Below, piece after piece: positions 34,001-46,192 of a stretch of 64,000 nucleotides of DNA. The notes beneath the pieces were generated by a model. It made no database searches, was not told the DNA's origin, and saw only the letters and a program-made list of their open reading frames with translations. The position numbers and the translations under genes are program-made. Positions within the stretch are counted from its first letter, which is position 1. Every line of letters begins with the position of its first letter. The stretch covers positions 372,001 to 436,000 of the forward strand of contig CM102285.1 in assembly GCA_046563655.1 (NCBI GenBank). Reading direction: 5' to 3'. Source of the stretch: Yuukianura sp. NJ FZ-2021. Taxonomy: Eukaryota.

Positions 34001-37000
34001 TTCTTTAAACTTCCGTTTTTCTAAAACTTGTTGTTTTGTAGCAACACAACAAAGTGTACCAGAGTTGTGTCCTACCGCCGATCCTGACTGCCGATAACTC
34101 GCTGCCCTTCTGGTGGAATGTTGCTGTGATGATTGTGTCCATGTACAGTGCCTGCATGGCACCTTACTGTCCACACTTCACGAGTCGCAACGAAGTGGTC
34201 ACTTTCCTCTGTCACATTGACCCCTTCGTCGAAATCGTCTTTTCACTCATCTACTTCATGGACGTCCTCATAGAAATATGCTACTGCTGTCCTGTCTCGG
34301 GTAATAACTTGAGTAATTCAACGAAAAAAATACTCATGATTTTAAAAGTGGAGCTTTATGAGTACAGTAGACCCTCTCAAATTGCAACTCCCTGTGGAGT
34401 AACTTTTTCTGAAAGCGGCCAAACTCGAAAACACGCTATGACACCGATTTTTTTTAAATTTTGTATGTTGATAGGAACGGCCTAGAAAAAATTTTTCGTA
34501 TGGTCAGATCCACCCAAAGGTCACCCCCGGATGGGGGGCAGAGGCTCAAAAGTACCAAAATGAGGTACCGTAGGTATCGCGCCATTCCTACAAATATCAA
34601 CGGATTGACTTGGTTTCTTTTTTAAATGAAAGCTAAAGGATGCCCCCAGAGGTTGTTTTTTTCTCGTCGAGGTGGATGACCCCAGGGCCCCCCTGTGACC
34701 CCTTGAACTTGACCTATTCTGTAATGGGGCATGTAATAGCGCTATCGAAAGCTATTTTCATGCTGATTCAGAATATGTATATATATCCAGACGTATTTTA
34801 AACGGTTTGACCTCTGGAGGTCATAGAATCCCCCTTTCGGCCATATAAGGCCTATAGAAAAACATGTGTTTTTCTTCTTAAAAATTCTACTGCGTGACCT
34901 CCAGAGGTCAAACCGTTCAAAATACGTCTGGATATATATACATATTCTGAATCAGCATGAAAATAGCTTTCGATAGAGCTATTACATGCCCCATTACAGA
35001 ATAGGTCAAGTTCAAGGGGTCACAGGGGGGCCCTGGGGTCATCCACCTCGACGAGAAAAAAACAACCTCTGGGGGCATCCTTTAGCTTTCATTTAAAAAA
35101 GAAACCAAGTCAATCCGTTGATATTTGTAGGAATGGCGCGATACCTACGGTACCTCATTTTGGTACTTTTGAGCCTCTGCCCCCCATCAGGGGGTGACCT
35201 TTGGGTGGATCTGACCATATGAAAAAATTTTTCTAGGCCGTTCCTATCAACATACAAAATTTAAAAAAAAATCAGTGACATGGCGTGCAAATTTTTTTTT
35301 CGATTTTGGCCGCTTTCAGAAATACCTACTCTGTGATTCTTTGATTCGAGTCGCCGCTCACCGTAAAGTTCTTGGTTAAATTCTTGCTGGATATCCACCT
35401 TTTTAGCCTATTTTGTCCAATGGATATCCAGGGAATGATATATGTCATCCGGAAACTTTTTTTACGGTGTTCCGCTAGAAAAAGAAAGTTGTAATTTGAG
35501 GGGATGTACTGTAATCTAAACTTAAGCTAAACGTTTCGTTCCCGTTTTTTTTTTCAGGAATTTACTATAAGTTTAAGGATGGATTGGCGCTGAAAATAAC
35601 TGAGGTTACATTTTGGATTGACGTGTTCTCCTCAATGCCTTTAGGCCTTGTAAACTTCATCCACGGCGACAACCTCGCTGAGAAGGAAGCTGGCTTCACC
35701 GTCAGCACCATTTTCAATGTCATTCTCCAAATTGCAATCATTCTACGCATCCTCAGACTATGGAAGGTCAGTATATACTTGCAAGTAAAAGTTAAAAGTC
35801 ACGACTTTTAACTTTTACTTTTGACTTTTTATACTTCTTGACATCAAATATTTATTCGTTAATGTCATCGACAATTTGTGTTTTTGCGCATGTCTACTGC
35901 ACAGATTGTCCGATTCTTCTCGTACTTGGATAATGCGCGGCCGGAGTCGCTGTTTGTGTATCGTCTGATTCAGTCTATGATCTCCATCATTTACTCTACC
36001 CATGTTGTGGCCTGCTACCTCTACAGTTTTGCATGTTTCACTGTTCCCGGGTAAGTTTATTTAAATAAATTAATTAAAATATATATAAATTCATTCAAAA
36101 AGTTAAGTATACTGTATGAATTGTTGTTTTTTTAGTACAAAGACTGTGATTTGCCACCAACAGTCGTGGTTGCGGTCCTTTACGGAGGGGAAGACTGGAT
36201 TTGCTGCTGAGATTCGGCATGACATGCTGGGGAAAACAGAGGGCTATTGGGTCGCTTACTACTTCGCATGCGCAACAGTCACGAGCAGCGGATTTGGCGA
36301 CTTTAATCCTCAGACTAGGACGGAAATGATTTTTCTAGCTGCTGTTCAACTCATCAGTTTCTGTATCACTGGATACTACACGGCTCTCCTAACATCCGCT
36401 CTCTCCTGTACTGTCAGACCAAAGTAATTAACTTTTTCTAATTAACAGTTAACTAATTCACACAATTACACTTTAAGTTTGAACTTTTTCCATTTTTTGT
36501 GCTTTTTCTAGGTTGACCTTTCAACAAAAGTTGGTCGGAGTTAGGCAGTTTCTGGAACACAAAGGTCAGTTTTCAAAAAACCTTTAAACTTTTCCAAAAA
36601 AAAAAACACAAAAGTTTTCAATTTTTTAATTTTCTTTTAAACTTTGATGGTTTTTTTAAGGTAAACAGTTATGATTTACTTGTGATTTTTAGGATTGGAC
36701 GAGGCCTTACAAAAAAGAATTTTAGAAGTGAGTGACGAAATTGTCAAAATTTTTAATTTTATAAATATCGTACTTCGTGCAGTACTTGTTTAAAATTACA
36801 TGAAGTAGTTTCTTGGAAGTATCCAGTACTTTTTTGAAAGTGGAAGTACTTTTTTGGAAGTACTGCAAGTATTTTGTATTTTGTTTTTGTTGCAGCATTA
36901 CTACTTGCAAGATGTGTTGTGGAAAGGAGTGAGTTTGCCTGAAAATGTTTACCACTACTTGTACGATACTCCGGAGTACATCAATGAGGACGCCATCTAC

Positions 37001-40000
37001 CTCGAAATTGAACTCCACTTTGACGGTGTTCCAATTTTTACGGTATTTTCTTGAAAACTTTTCGAAATTTTAATTTTTTTCACAAAGTTGACCTTGTTCT
37101 TGATTTTACAGAAACTCGACCCGAAGCTGCTCGTGAGCATTGCAAAACTGATTCGACGGTATTTGGTTCCCCCTGGAGTGATTTTCCTCCGTAAAGGAGA
37201 GGTTCGTCGTCAAATGTACATTATTGGACGAGGCAGCGTGGCGGTAACTTTTCAAATTTTGAACTTTTGTTAAAAAAAAGTTTTCTAAAGTTTTTCGAAA
37301 AACTTCTTTTTAAAAAGTTGTTTTCGCATCAGGTATTGTCGGATAAGGACCAAACTGTGCCTTTGAACGTTATTGAGGAAACAGGGCACTTCGGAATCCG
37401 TGACCTCTTGTTCGGAGAACCAGCGCATCACGATATCAAAACTCTGAGTTATTGCATTTTCTTTGAAGTTGAACTGCGAGACTTGTTTGAATCGATGAGA
37501 GGAGATACTGACCTCATGCACTCCGTTGAAGAAGAAAAGGCAGGAAGATTCGAAATTTTAAAAAGTTTAGAAATTTTAATTTTATGATTTTTTTTTTTTG
37601 AAAATTTATGAAATAGGAAAAGCTGCAACCAGGAATCGACGCTATGCTGAAACTGTTTTCGTACAGAAATCGTACGACACAAAACGACTCCCTTCACTCC
37701 ATTCCATCTTTTATCGATTTTCCAAGAAACAAAGACGATAATAAACCGTACTGCAGCTACGAAGAGTACGAAGAAGTCTTCAACGGATTGAAACGACCGC
37801 GATTTTGGAGGTTTTTTAAAAAAAGAAGAAGTTTTTTTTCGACAAATTTTCAAAATTTTGGTTTTTAGGTTCATTCTGATGAGGCGAACAATTCATCCTG
37901 TTGGAATGTTTGCCAAAATCTGGGTATGCTTCATGAGTCTCGTGGCTGCTCTGAATATTGCAATGATGGTGGCCGAAGTTTTTGGTGGGCGGAGGAATTC
38001 CAACCACTTGTATATCATGTGGGATTTCATTGGAGCCATTGACATGTGAGTCACACATGCTTGAGACTCAGAAAAAAAATAAACCTAGTGGGACTCGAAC
38101 CCACATCGCTTTAATCTAGGGGGAGCTCTAACCATTGAGCTATGAGGTTCCTATTTGATAGAATTGGAAGGCTGCCTAACACACCAGGCATTCATGGAGG
38201 TGTGTGGAAGGACAGTGCCTGTTATGGTAGCCTTCCGATTTTACCCTGCTACTGTTTCGGAACCTGATAGCTCAAAGGTTAGAGCTCTTCCTGGAGTGAA
38301 GGTGATGTAGGTTCGAGTCCGACTCGGTTCTTTATTTTTTTTCTGCACTGTCATTCTTTATCTACAAAGCATGTGAACTGCGAACCTGAGCTAACTTTTT
38401 TTCAGATACTTCAAGTTGCATTGGGCTTACTACAAAGAGAGCAACATGCTCATCAGTCATCCACTCAAAACAGCAACTCGCTACATTTTCAAAAGAGAAT
38501 TTGTGTTTGACTTGTTCGTGACGGCGCCTTTTGAACTCATCGTTCCGGTTTTGACTGGCACGCATTGGCTTGGTTACTCAAAAACTGCTGGATGGCACAG
38601 CAAACTCCGCTGGACACGATTTGGCCAAGTGATGCGCATCCCCGCAATTGTCGTCATTTTTCATAACATTTTCAAAATGAGGAAATTCCTTTTGTGAGTT
38701 TTTCAAAATTTCGAAAAATTGATTTCAATTTCATCAATTTTTCAATTTTTGGTTTTGTGATTTAGGTTGGTGTCGTACATTGCAATTACGCTGTTCATTT
38801 GTACAATTCTGGCAAGTTTTGCTGAGACGAATGCTTGTCCTGTTGGTGAAACGATTTTCAAAGAAGGAGATCAAAATCGGCTTCCATTTTGCAAACAAGG
38901 GACTTACATGCGGGTCAAAGGTTACATTTTAAAATTCAAAAATTATGTTTCAAATTTGAACACTATAAAAATTTTTTTGAAAAGTTGGAAATTTCTGAAT
39001 TTTAGAAAGTTTTGGTATAAATACACCAACAAGTCGGTGGATCGTTGGAATTTACTATGTCAGTCAAGGGATGTTCAGCGTTGGGTTTGGAGACAGTACG
39101 AACTTTCACTTAAAATTTTAAAAAATTTTGATTTTTGAATCTGATATTTTAGTTTTTCAAAATTTTGATTTGTTCTGAAATGCAGTTACGACTCTGAGCG
39201 TTGGGGAAATGAAGCTACTAATTTTTGTTTGCTTTTTTGGTAAGTGTTTAGTACAAACTTGTTACTAAACTAAAAATTTTGATGTTTTTTTGAAATTGTG
39301 TCACTTGGTTTAGGATTTGCAATCCTGCGATGTATTCTGTCTGATATCACTGCTGCTGAAGTGGACATTGATGAAGTTCGACACAACTACTTAGAGCAAA
39401 TCCTTTGTCTCAAACTCATCATGCTCAGAGAAAAAGTTCCAAAGAAAATTCGAAGGTATTTTTTTCGAAAACGACATTTTTCAGACAAAAAGTAAAAATT
39501 TTTTAACACTGTTTTGACACTTTGCTTTTGGAATTTTTAGAAGCGTCCTGTCATACATGTATCACACTTGGGACTTGTCAAAGGTCAGCTTTTTATTTTT
39601 ATTTTTTTGAAAATGCTGGTTTTGAAAATCAAAATGTGAAATTTCTTTTTCAGGGTTTACAACCACGTCAACTTTTTAGTGATTTGCATCGTAAGGGAGG
39701 AAATTAAAATTTGGAAACTCTTTCTTGATTTTAATTTTGACAATTTTTTTTTTTTTTTTGGAAATTTTTAGCTGCTCTGGAAGCTGATTTGTTCAGAGTG
39801 GTTGCGGGAGACAGTCTTACAAAGGTAAAGTGTAGAATCAGAACAATTCTTAAAAAGTTGGAATTTTGAAAAGTCAAAATTTCTTGAACAACTGAATTCA
39901 AAATTTTGGATTTTGAACTTTTAGATTCCAATTTTTCACGGATTGAGAGAAAATGTGCTGCGGACAATTTGCCAGTACATGAACACACTATTTTTTCGAA

Positions 40001-43000
40001 AAGGCGAGCGAATCACTCGATTTGGAAATATGGAACTAGAAATGTAAGATTTCAGAAAAAACAGACACCTTTTTGAACATTTTTTTTTAATTTCAACATT
40101 CAAGCGAATTTTCAAAAAAAAAATTGATGTAGAATTTGGTTCTCTTTGAAAAATTTAGGTACATCATTGTCAAAGGCCAAGTTTGGATTGCTGATCGGTT
40201 TCTGGTTTGGACTCAAACTTTGGAAGCTGGACAGTAAATTACAAATTAAAAAAAAATCAATTTTCGAAATTTTGAATTTTGAAATTGGTTCCGTTTTTAG
40301 GTCGTTTGGAGAGTCGTCTATTGTTTACTTCACAAGACGGAACTACAATGCCATTGCGGCTTGTGACGTTGAAGTTTTTGTTTTGGGTGCTTCTGACTTT
40401 GAAGTTGTTATTCAACGGTAAAATTCAAATTTTGATAACTTAAAAAAATTATTTTTGAAAAACCAGGGTTCGAAGGCTGTAACTTACGTCCTGTAACTTA
40501 CGTAACTTACGTACGTAAGTTACGTAATTTTCAGAGGGGTTGTAATTTTTGAAATTTTCATTCTTTTGAATTTTACGCGGGAGGGAGACAGCGTAGGAGT
40601 CATGGGAGCGGGAGCAGTCCAAAATAACAAAAGAGCAGTGATTTAGATGATTATTTTTTCGGTTTTTTCTCGAGCAGACTGCTCGAAGAATACCAGGATA
40701 TTCTTCGAGCAGTCTGCTCGAGAAATACTAGGATATTCTTCGAGCAGTCTGCTCGAAAAATACCAGGATATTCTTCGAGCAGTCTGCTCGAGAAATACCA
40801 GGATATTCTTCGAGCAGTCTGCTCGAGAAATACCAGGATATTCTTCGAGCAGTCTGCTCGAGAAATACCAAGATATTCTTCGAGCAGTCTGCTCGAGAAA
40901 TACCAGGATAGTTCTCGAGCAGTCTGCTCGAGAAATACCTGGATATTCTTCGAGCAGTCTGCTCGAGAAATACCTGGATATTCTTCGAGCAGTCTGCTCG
41001 AGAAATACCTGGATATTCTTCGAGCAGTCTGCTCGAGAAATACCAGGATATTCTTCGAGCAGTCTGCTCGAGAAATACCAGGATAATTCTCGAGCAGTCT
41101 GCTCGAGAAATACCAGGATATTTTTCGAGCAGTGTGCTCGAAAAATACCAGGATATTCTTCGTAGCTTTTCTTTCTGTTGTTTTAACTGGCTGTTATTGA
41201 AATGCCACGAGTCAGAGATCCGATTTGGAACGATTTTGACCTTGAACCAAACCCGGGCAGTAAGATCCCCTGGGCAAATTGTAAGTTGTGTGATTGGAGA
41301 CATGCAGGAATCCCGGACAGGATGAAATCACACTTACAGAAACATCAAAACGTTGGCAAAGACTCCGAATCAATTGGGCCAAGTACGTCATGTTCACTTT
41401 AACATTTTCAGAGTCTAATTGTTGAGAGCGAGCAGCGAGCCTGAGGAAGAGTTAGATGTGATGGCAGTGGAATAATTAGTGTTATGTTTCTCGAACTATT
41501 TGTGTTAATTGCGTTAAGTGTGTTAGTTTAGTCTTAAAAATAAAATAGTAGTAAATATTGTCTACCGCAGTATATTTCTATCAGGCCTTGGTTTGATTTT
41601 TAACGCAATTAGATAGTAGATATTAATAGTTTTTGGTTTGGGGATGGGAGTGGGGTGCAGGCGGCTTGTTTTGAAAATTACAATCTTACGTAGATTACGT
41701 AAGTTACGATAATTACGTAAGTTACGTAGTTTTCGGCAAAAATACCGTAATTTTCGAACCCTGTGAAAAACTAAAGTTTTTTTTTGTTTGCAGTTATCCT
41801 ACGCTACTGTCTGAAATCCAAGGCAAATTGCTGCTTCCTGACAGCGATATTTTCCAAACCGGTCACATCAAGGACCAGACAGCGGAAAATGTGAAACAAA
41901 TTTCGAGTCACATCAAAACTCTGCTGGAGAGAAACTCTGAACCTGATCCAGACGAAGAAGAAATTTATCAACATGTGAGAGAAGGCTGGTTCAGAAGTAT
42001 CCTCACAATGTTATGGGCTACGGGAGAAGAAAATGAAAATCTATCTTTTTTCTACTTCACCAAAAGGTAAAAAGTGTTGTAGCTGACACTCTGACTCAAA
42101 AAATTTGAAATTTCTGATATACAGTAGAACCTCTCATTGTGCAGCATTTAGCTCCGCCCCTCCTAACTGTTAGATACCGTAAAACTTAAATTTTTGAAGT
42201 GAAACCAACTAATTAAAACAAACAATCCAAATACGTTTACAGTAAAACCTTTCATTGTGCAACATTTAGCTCCACCCATCTTTTAGCTCCGCCTTTCCTA
42301 ACAGTGGGATTCCGGAAAAACTTAAATTTTTGGCGGGATTTTACTTTGTAAACAAAAAATAAACTAAATGGGCCTCAAACGTGTTAGAATTAAAAAGTTA
42401 GGAAACGTAAAAAACTAAACTAACCAATGAGAACGTGTTGCCAAATGAGAAGTTTTACTGTAATTCATAAATTTTTATTTTGTTTTTCAGCACAAGTGCT
42501 TCCGTGCCGTTTCTGCTTCACCCGAAATGTGGATTTCTGAATTGGTTTGATTCTTTAGTGATTGGAATTTCGTATGTGAGTCCAGCACTGGCAGCATACA
42601 ACATGGTTTTCAAAGAGGAAGTTCCATCAGAAGTTGGAGAGTGGATTCGAACACTGACTTTTGCCATGGAAGTGCCCATGTACCTCCACATTGTGCTCCA
42701 GTTCTTCATTCCATTCACTCTAGTCAATGGGAAGTACTGCAAAAACTTGCTCAAAATAGCTTTCAAGTGAGTCACTTTTCAAAAAAGTTTCAACATTTGT
42801 TGAAATCGGTGTTAAAATTGTGTTTTAACATTTCAGCTACATCGTACCGCCTGGAGCGTTTTTGGTTGATGTTATCGCAAGTGCACCTATTCGAAGCAAC
42901 ATTGGAGTTGGAGACCCAGCCAGGTCAGTTCCAATTTGTTTCGACAAGAATGCTACGCTGGCGTGCTGGGGCTTCGCCCTTTTTTAGCAAGAGACCAAGA

Positions 43001-45521
43001 CTTATTTCCAAAATAATACGCTAGAAATTTAGAATGTGTGATGGTGTGTTCAAAAAACACTATTTTGGAATTTATTTTTCAAAATCACCCCTATTTTTCA
43101 AAATTTTTTTAACTCATGACTTTTTTTTAAATCGGCCACATTTTTCAAAATTTTTCTAACTCATGGCTGAGGACGTTACAATTTAAAATCTACCGTATGG
43201 TAGTCCAAAACCGTTACTAGATAGAGCTAAAACTTTTGAGAGTATAAACATGAGTAGTAACTTTTACCCTGCAACTTCTCATTAGTATATAATTGATTAA
43301 ATTGTTGTATATAAATTATATTTAGTTGATTAAATTTTAAGTAGTAGTACTAATTTTAATTTTAAGTACTATATTTTAATAAATATAATTTATAATAATA
43401 TTTTTTTTTGAAACTCCCAGGTTCCTTGGACTTCTTCGTTTCTTACGACTGGTGAGTTAAAATAACAAATTCTCTTAGGATTCAATGCAATTATCAATTT
43501 AAAAATTTAAAAATTTAAAAATTTGTGTTTTTCAGTTTTACTTTTATCGGACGCAACTTGCCAAATCAAGTGACCTGCGCACAAGCGTCTTCAAGCACAA
43601 AGTGTCCCTGTCAATGTCAACTTTTATGTTGGTCATCAACGGAATTGCTTGCTACTTCTACTCACTTGCAATCTGTACTTGCACCAATTCTGAAAAGAAA
43701 ATTAACTGCGGAGATGACGACATTTACGAAATGTGTAGAGCTGGAACCTGGACATACGAGTGTAAGAGGAATCCATGACCTTTGACCTTTGACCTTTGCA
43801 CAGTTTGTTTTTGTTTTTTAGTTGTTTTCACTCATGAACTGCAAACTCTACGACGACTCCAACCGTGGCGGTGGTACGTGCGCAGTCTCTACTGGGTAAT
43901 TACGACTGTGTCAACAACTGGATTCGGCGATATCACGCCGATCAATGCCGAAGAAGCCCGACTCGCCATTTTCACAATTTTTTGTGGCGCTTTCATCATT
44001 TCTGTCATTCTGAGTAGTTTTGCCTCCGGAATTTCTTCGTTGAACAAAACCTACAGAGAGTATTTGTACAAAGTCAATCTCCTCTTGGTAAGCATTACAA
44101 ATTTTCAAAAAAAAATTGAATTTTTTTAAAAAAATAAGTTTTTTGAAACTTTTTTTTTGTAGAAACACATGGGAAACATTGGAATGAGTAATGAGCGGAG
44201 ACATCAAGTCATTTCGTACTTTGTGATGCGGTGGGAACGGTGCCGCGGTGTGAAGTACAGTGACTGTACGAGCGCCTTGCCGACAACCATGGGAACCTCG
44301 GTTTGCTACTTTCTCTACTTTCCTGTTGCATCCAAAGTAAGTTTTTGAAATATTTTTGAAAAATGAAATTTTTTGGAAAAAATCGATTTTGAAACACTCT
44401 CCTTCGGTTTTTATGAAATTTTGATTGTTTGCAGTGCAAGTTGTTTACAAATGGACTGGACTCGATGTTCATGCGAGAGCTGTGTGCAATGTTTACTCAT
44501 GAAATGTTCATTCCGGGCATTACGATTGTCAATGAAGGATATTTGGAGACGATAGAAACAAATGACGGTGCGGATTCGATCGCCACTGGACGGATGTTCC
44601 TGGTCTACCGAGGACGAGTGTCGTCTTACACCAAGGACAAGGAAGGGCGGGAGTTTTTGGTCGAAACTTATGGAGACGGAGAAGTGTTTGCCAAGGGATC
44701 CGTTCTCTTCTATGACTTGGCCTACACTAAGGTAACAACGTAGCATAATGTGAGGTTCAGGCATCACATGGCTTGAGAGACAAAAAAAAATACAAAACCG
44801 AGTGTCACTCGAACCCACATCGCTTCACTTCGGGAAGAGCTCTGACCATTGAGCTATCAGGTTCCATTCGGACAGGATGGAATCGGAAGGTCTTGTGGCG
44901 TTTGGAAGAGAAGAGCTGGGATAGCCGGTCTTCCAATTGCTCCATGTTGAGATACTGGAGGAAGGAGCCGATAGCTCAAAGGTTAGAGCACTTCCCGGAT
45001 AGAAGAGTGTTGGGTTCGAATCCCGCTCGGCGTCTAATATTTTTTCACACTATTTTTCACTCAGTCCTCAACCTGTGAGCCCCAGTGTCACAGCTACTGG
45101 CTAGCTAAATCTGAAATGTTGAAATTTGACCTTTGACCTTTGACTTTTGCAGTCGTACCGAGCGGAGACATACACAGAAGTGCTTGGACTGTCGCAGAGT
45201 GATGTTTTGCATTTGGTAGACAGCTACGATGGATTTGCCAACAACATGCTCACTCTGATGATGGACGAGTATCCAAGGATCAAGAATGTGTCTATCTTTG
45301 AGAATCGGGAAAAGTCCAAGAAGAAGGGCGACAGAGAGTCGCATTCGAGCACTAACATATCCGGAGCAGCGTCTGCGACGAGTTTTGGAAGTGGTGGGAC
45401 AACCCGGACGGGAGAAGATGCCCCGAGGGGAGTGTCACCTTGGACACTCGCATTCGCCCTCGCCAAGCAGAAGAAGGCACAGGCAGAGTCATTTCAAAAG
45501 TTGGCGGGAGAAGCCATGTAA
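31003..45521 (+). CDS. CNGK: Four-repeat K+-selective cyclic nucleotide-gated channel (CNGK / tetraKCNG-like)
   Basis: Many short exons encoding four TM-pore-C-linker-CNBD modules. Pore motifs TTGYGD (split by intron 32201-32280), SSGFGD (36284-36301), SVGFGD (39077-39094), TTGFGD (43914-43931). No internal start/stop structure suggesting separate genes was seen, but not every junction was verified. Confidence 0.85.
32955..33292. mobile_element. TA-flanked MITE with repeated CCGTATTTCC ends in a CNGK intron
   Basis: TACCGTATTTCC repeated several times, with inverted end CGAGGAAATACGGTA. Confidence 0.55.
34365..35511. mobile_element. Tc1/pogo-type MITE interrupted by a foldback element
   Basis: TA-CAGTAGACCCTCTCAAATTGCAACT ... 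AGTTGTAATTTGAGGGGATGTACTG-TA. Confidence 0.7.
34397..35331. mobile_element. Long-TIR foldback non-autonomous transposon, Sola2-like
   Basis: Near-perfect inverted arms 34397-34823 and 34895-35331 around a 71-bp spacer. GAG...CTC termini and 4-bp TSD TGTG (34393-34396, 35332-35335). The superfamily is inferred from the termini only. Confidence 0.85.
38054..38375. mobile_element. Foldback element with two outward-facing tRNA-like units (copy 1)
   Basis: Minus-strand unit 38083-38151 and plus-strand unit 38259-38330, each with A box TAGCTCAAWGG, B box GGTTCGAGTCC and a downstream T run. Outer inverted repeat CACATGCTT/AAGCATGTG. Confidence 0.8.
40464..41763 (+). mobile_element. Non-autonomous hAT transposon with BED zinc-finger remnant and internal satellite
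   Basis: TIR CAGGGTTCGAA/TTCGAACCCTG, 8-bp TSD TGAAAAAC (40456-40463, 41764-41771), TTACGTAA subterminal repeats. ORF 41202-41402 DPIWNDF...CKLC...MKSHLQKH resembles a BED finger. Confidence 0.92.
40666..41161. repeat. 35-bp palindromic tandem repeat, about 14 copies
   Basis: Unit TTCTTCGAGCAGTCTGCTCGAGAAATACCAGGATA, containing the palindrome TCGAGCAG-T-CTGCTCGA. Confidence 0.95.
42120..42462. mobile_element. TA-flanked pogo/Tigger-like MITE
   Basis: TA-CAGTAGAACCTCTCATT ... AATGAGAAGTTTTACTG-TA, with a second left end at about 42238. Confidence 0.6.
44764..45078. mobile_element. Foldback element with two outward-facing tRNA-like units (copy 2)
   Basis: Minus-strand unit 44797-44865 and plus-strand unit 44964-45034, with A/B boxes and T runs. 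Outer loose inverted repeat TCACATGGCTTGAG / CTCAACCTGTGA. Confidence 0.8.
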
Positions 45522-46192
45522 ACATCGGCCAGAACAAACTCAAACTTTTCAATTTTTCATAACCATTTTCATAAAAAAAAGTTAGAAGAAGAGGCGCTAA
45601 GGGAGTACTAAAAGGTGTCTAGTTTAAAAAAAAGCAGAGAAACGAAAGTTGAATGTCAAAAAAAATCGAAAGTTAAAAAAATTTGTAAAAGTTGAAACTG
45701 TTAAATAAGTTAAAACTGTTAAAAGTTTACTTTCTTTCTCTCATTTTTTTTTCTCGCTCTCTCTTTTCTCTTTTCTTTTCTTCAGTCTGTCTCTCTTCTC
45801 ATTTGGCTCTCCGTGTTTCTTTTTTCTGTCACTTTCAAGGTTTGTAAACAAGAAAATAGTTTTTTCTTCAACACGTTAGGCAATAACTCAAACTTTTTAA
45901 ATTTAAAAAAATTAGCCAAACTTGGTTCGCCGTGCCTTTATGACAATGATTTATATGTAATCAAATGGGTGTGAAGGAAGATGTAAGGAAAAAATTGTTT
46001 CTGGCGAGATTTTTGGAAGGCAGGACTTATGACCTAACCTGTTAAAGGAAAACTGTTTCGTTGCTTTAGGGACCTTGCTCACTTTTTTCTCGTTTTTCAT
46101 ATGAAAAGTTAATTTCGAGTCGGATTTTCATAACTTTGTGTGAGAGAAAACGAAAAGTGAAAAAGTGAAAGGCTTAATGTGGCACTCGGGAC

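Noticed and set aside
38083-38330. Functional tRNA genes (also 44797-45034)
   Set aside because: Anticodon arms are short (about 4-bp stem) and differ among the four units, and acceptor stems are imperfect. Treated as tRNA-derived elements, pending tRNAscan-SE.
40666-41161. CRISPR-like array of palindromic 35-bp repeats
   Set aside because: Units are contiguous with no unique spacers, there are no cas genes, and the array lies inside a hAT element in a eukaryotic intron.
40647-41303. 172-aa and 191-aa ORFs on opposite strands
   Set aside because: They are translations of the 35-bp satellite.
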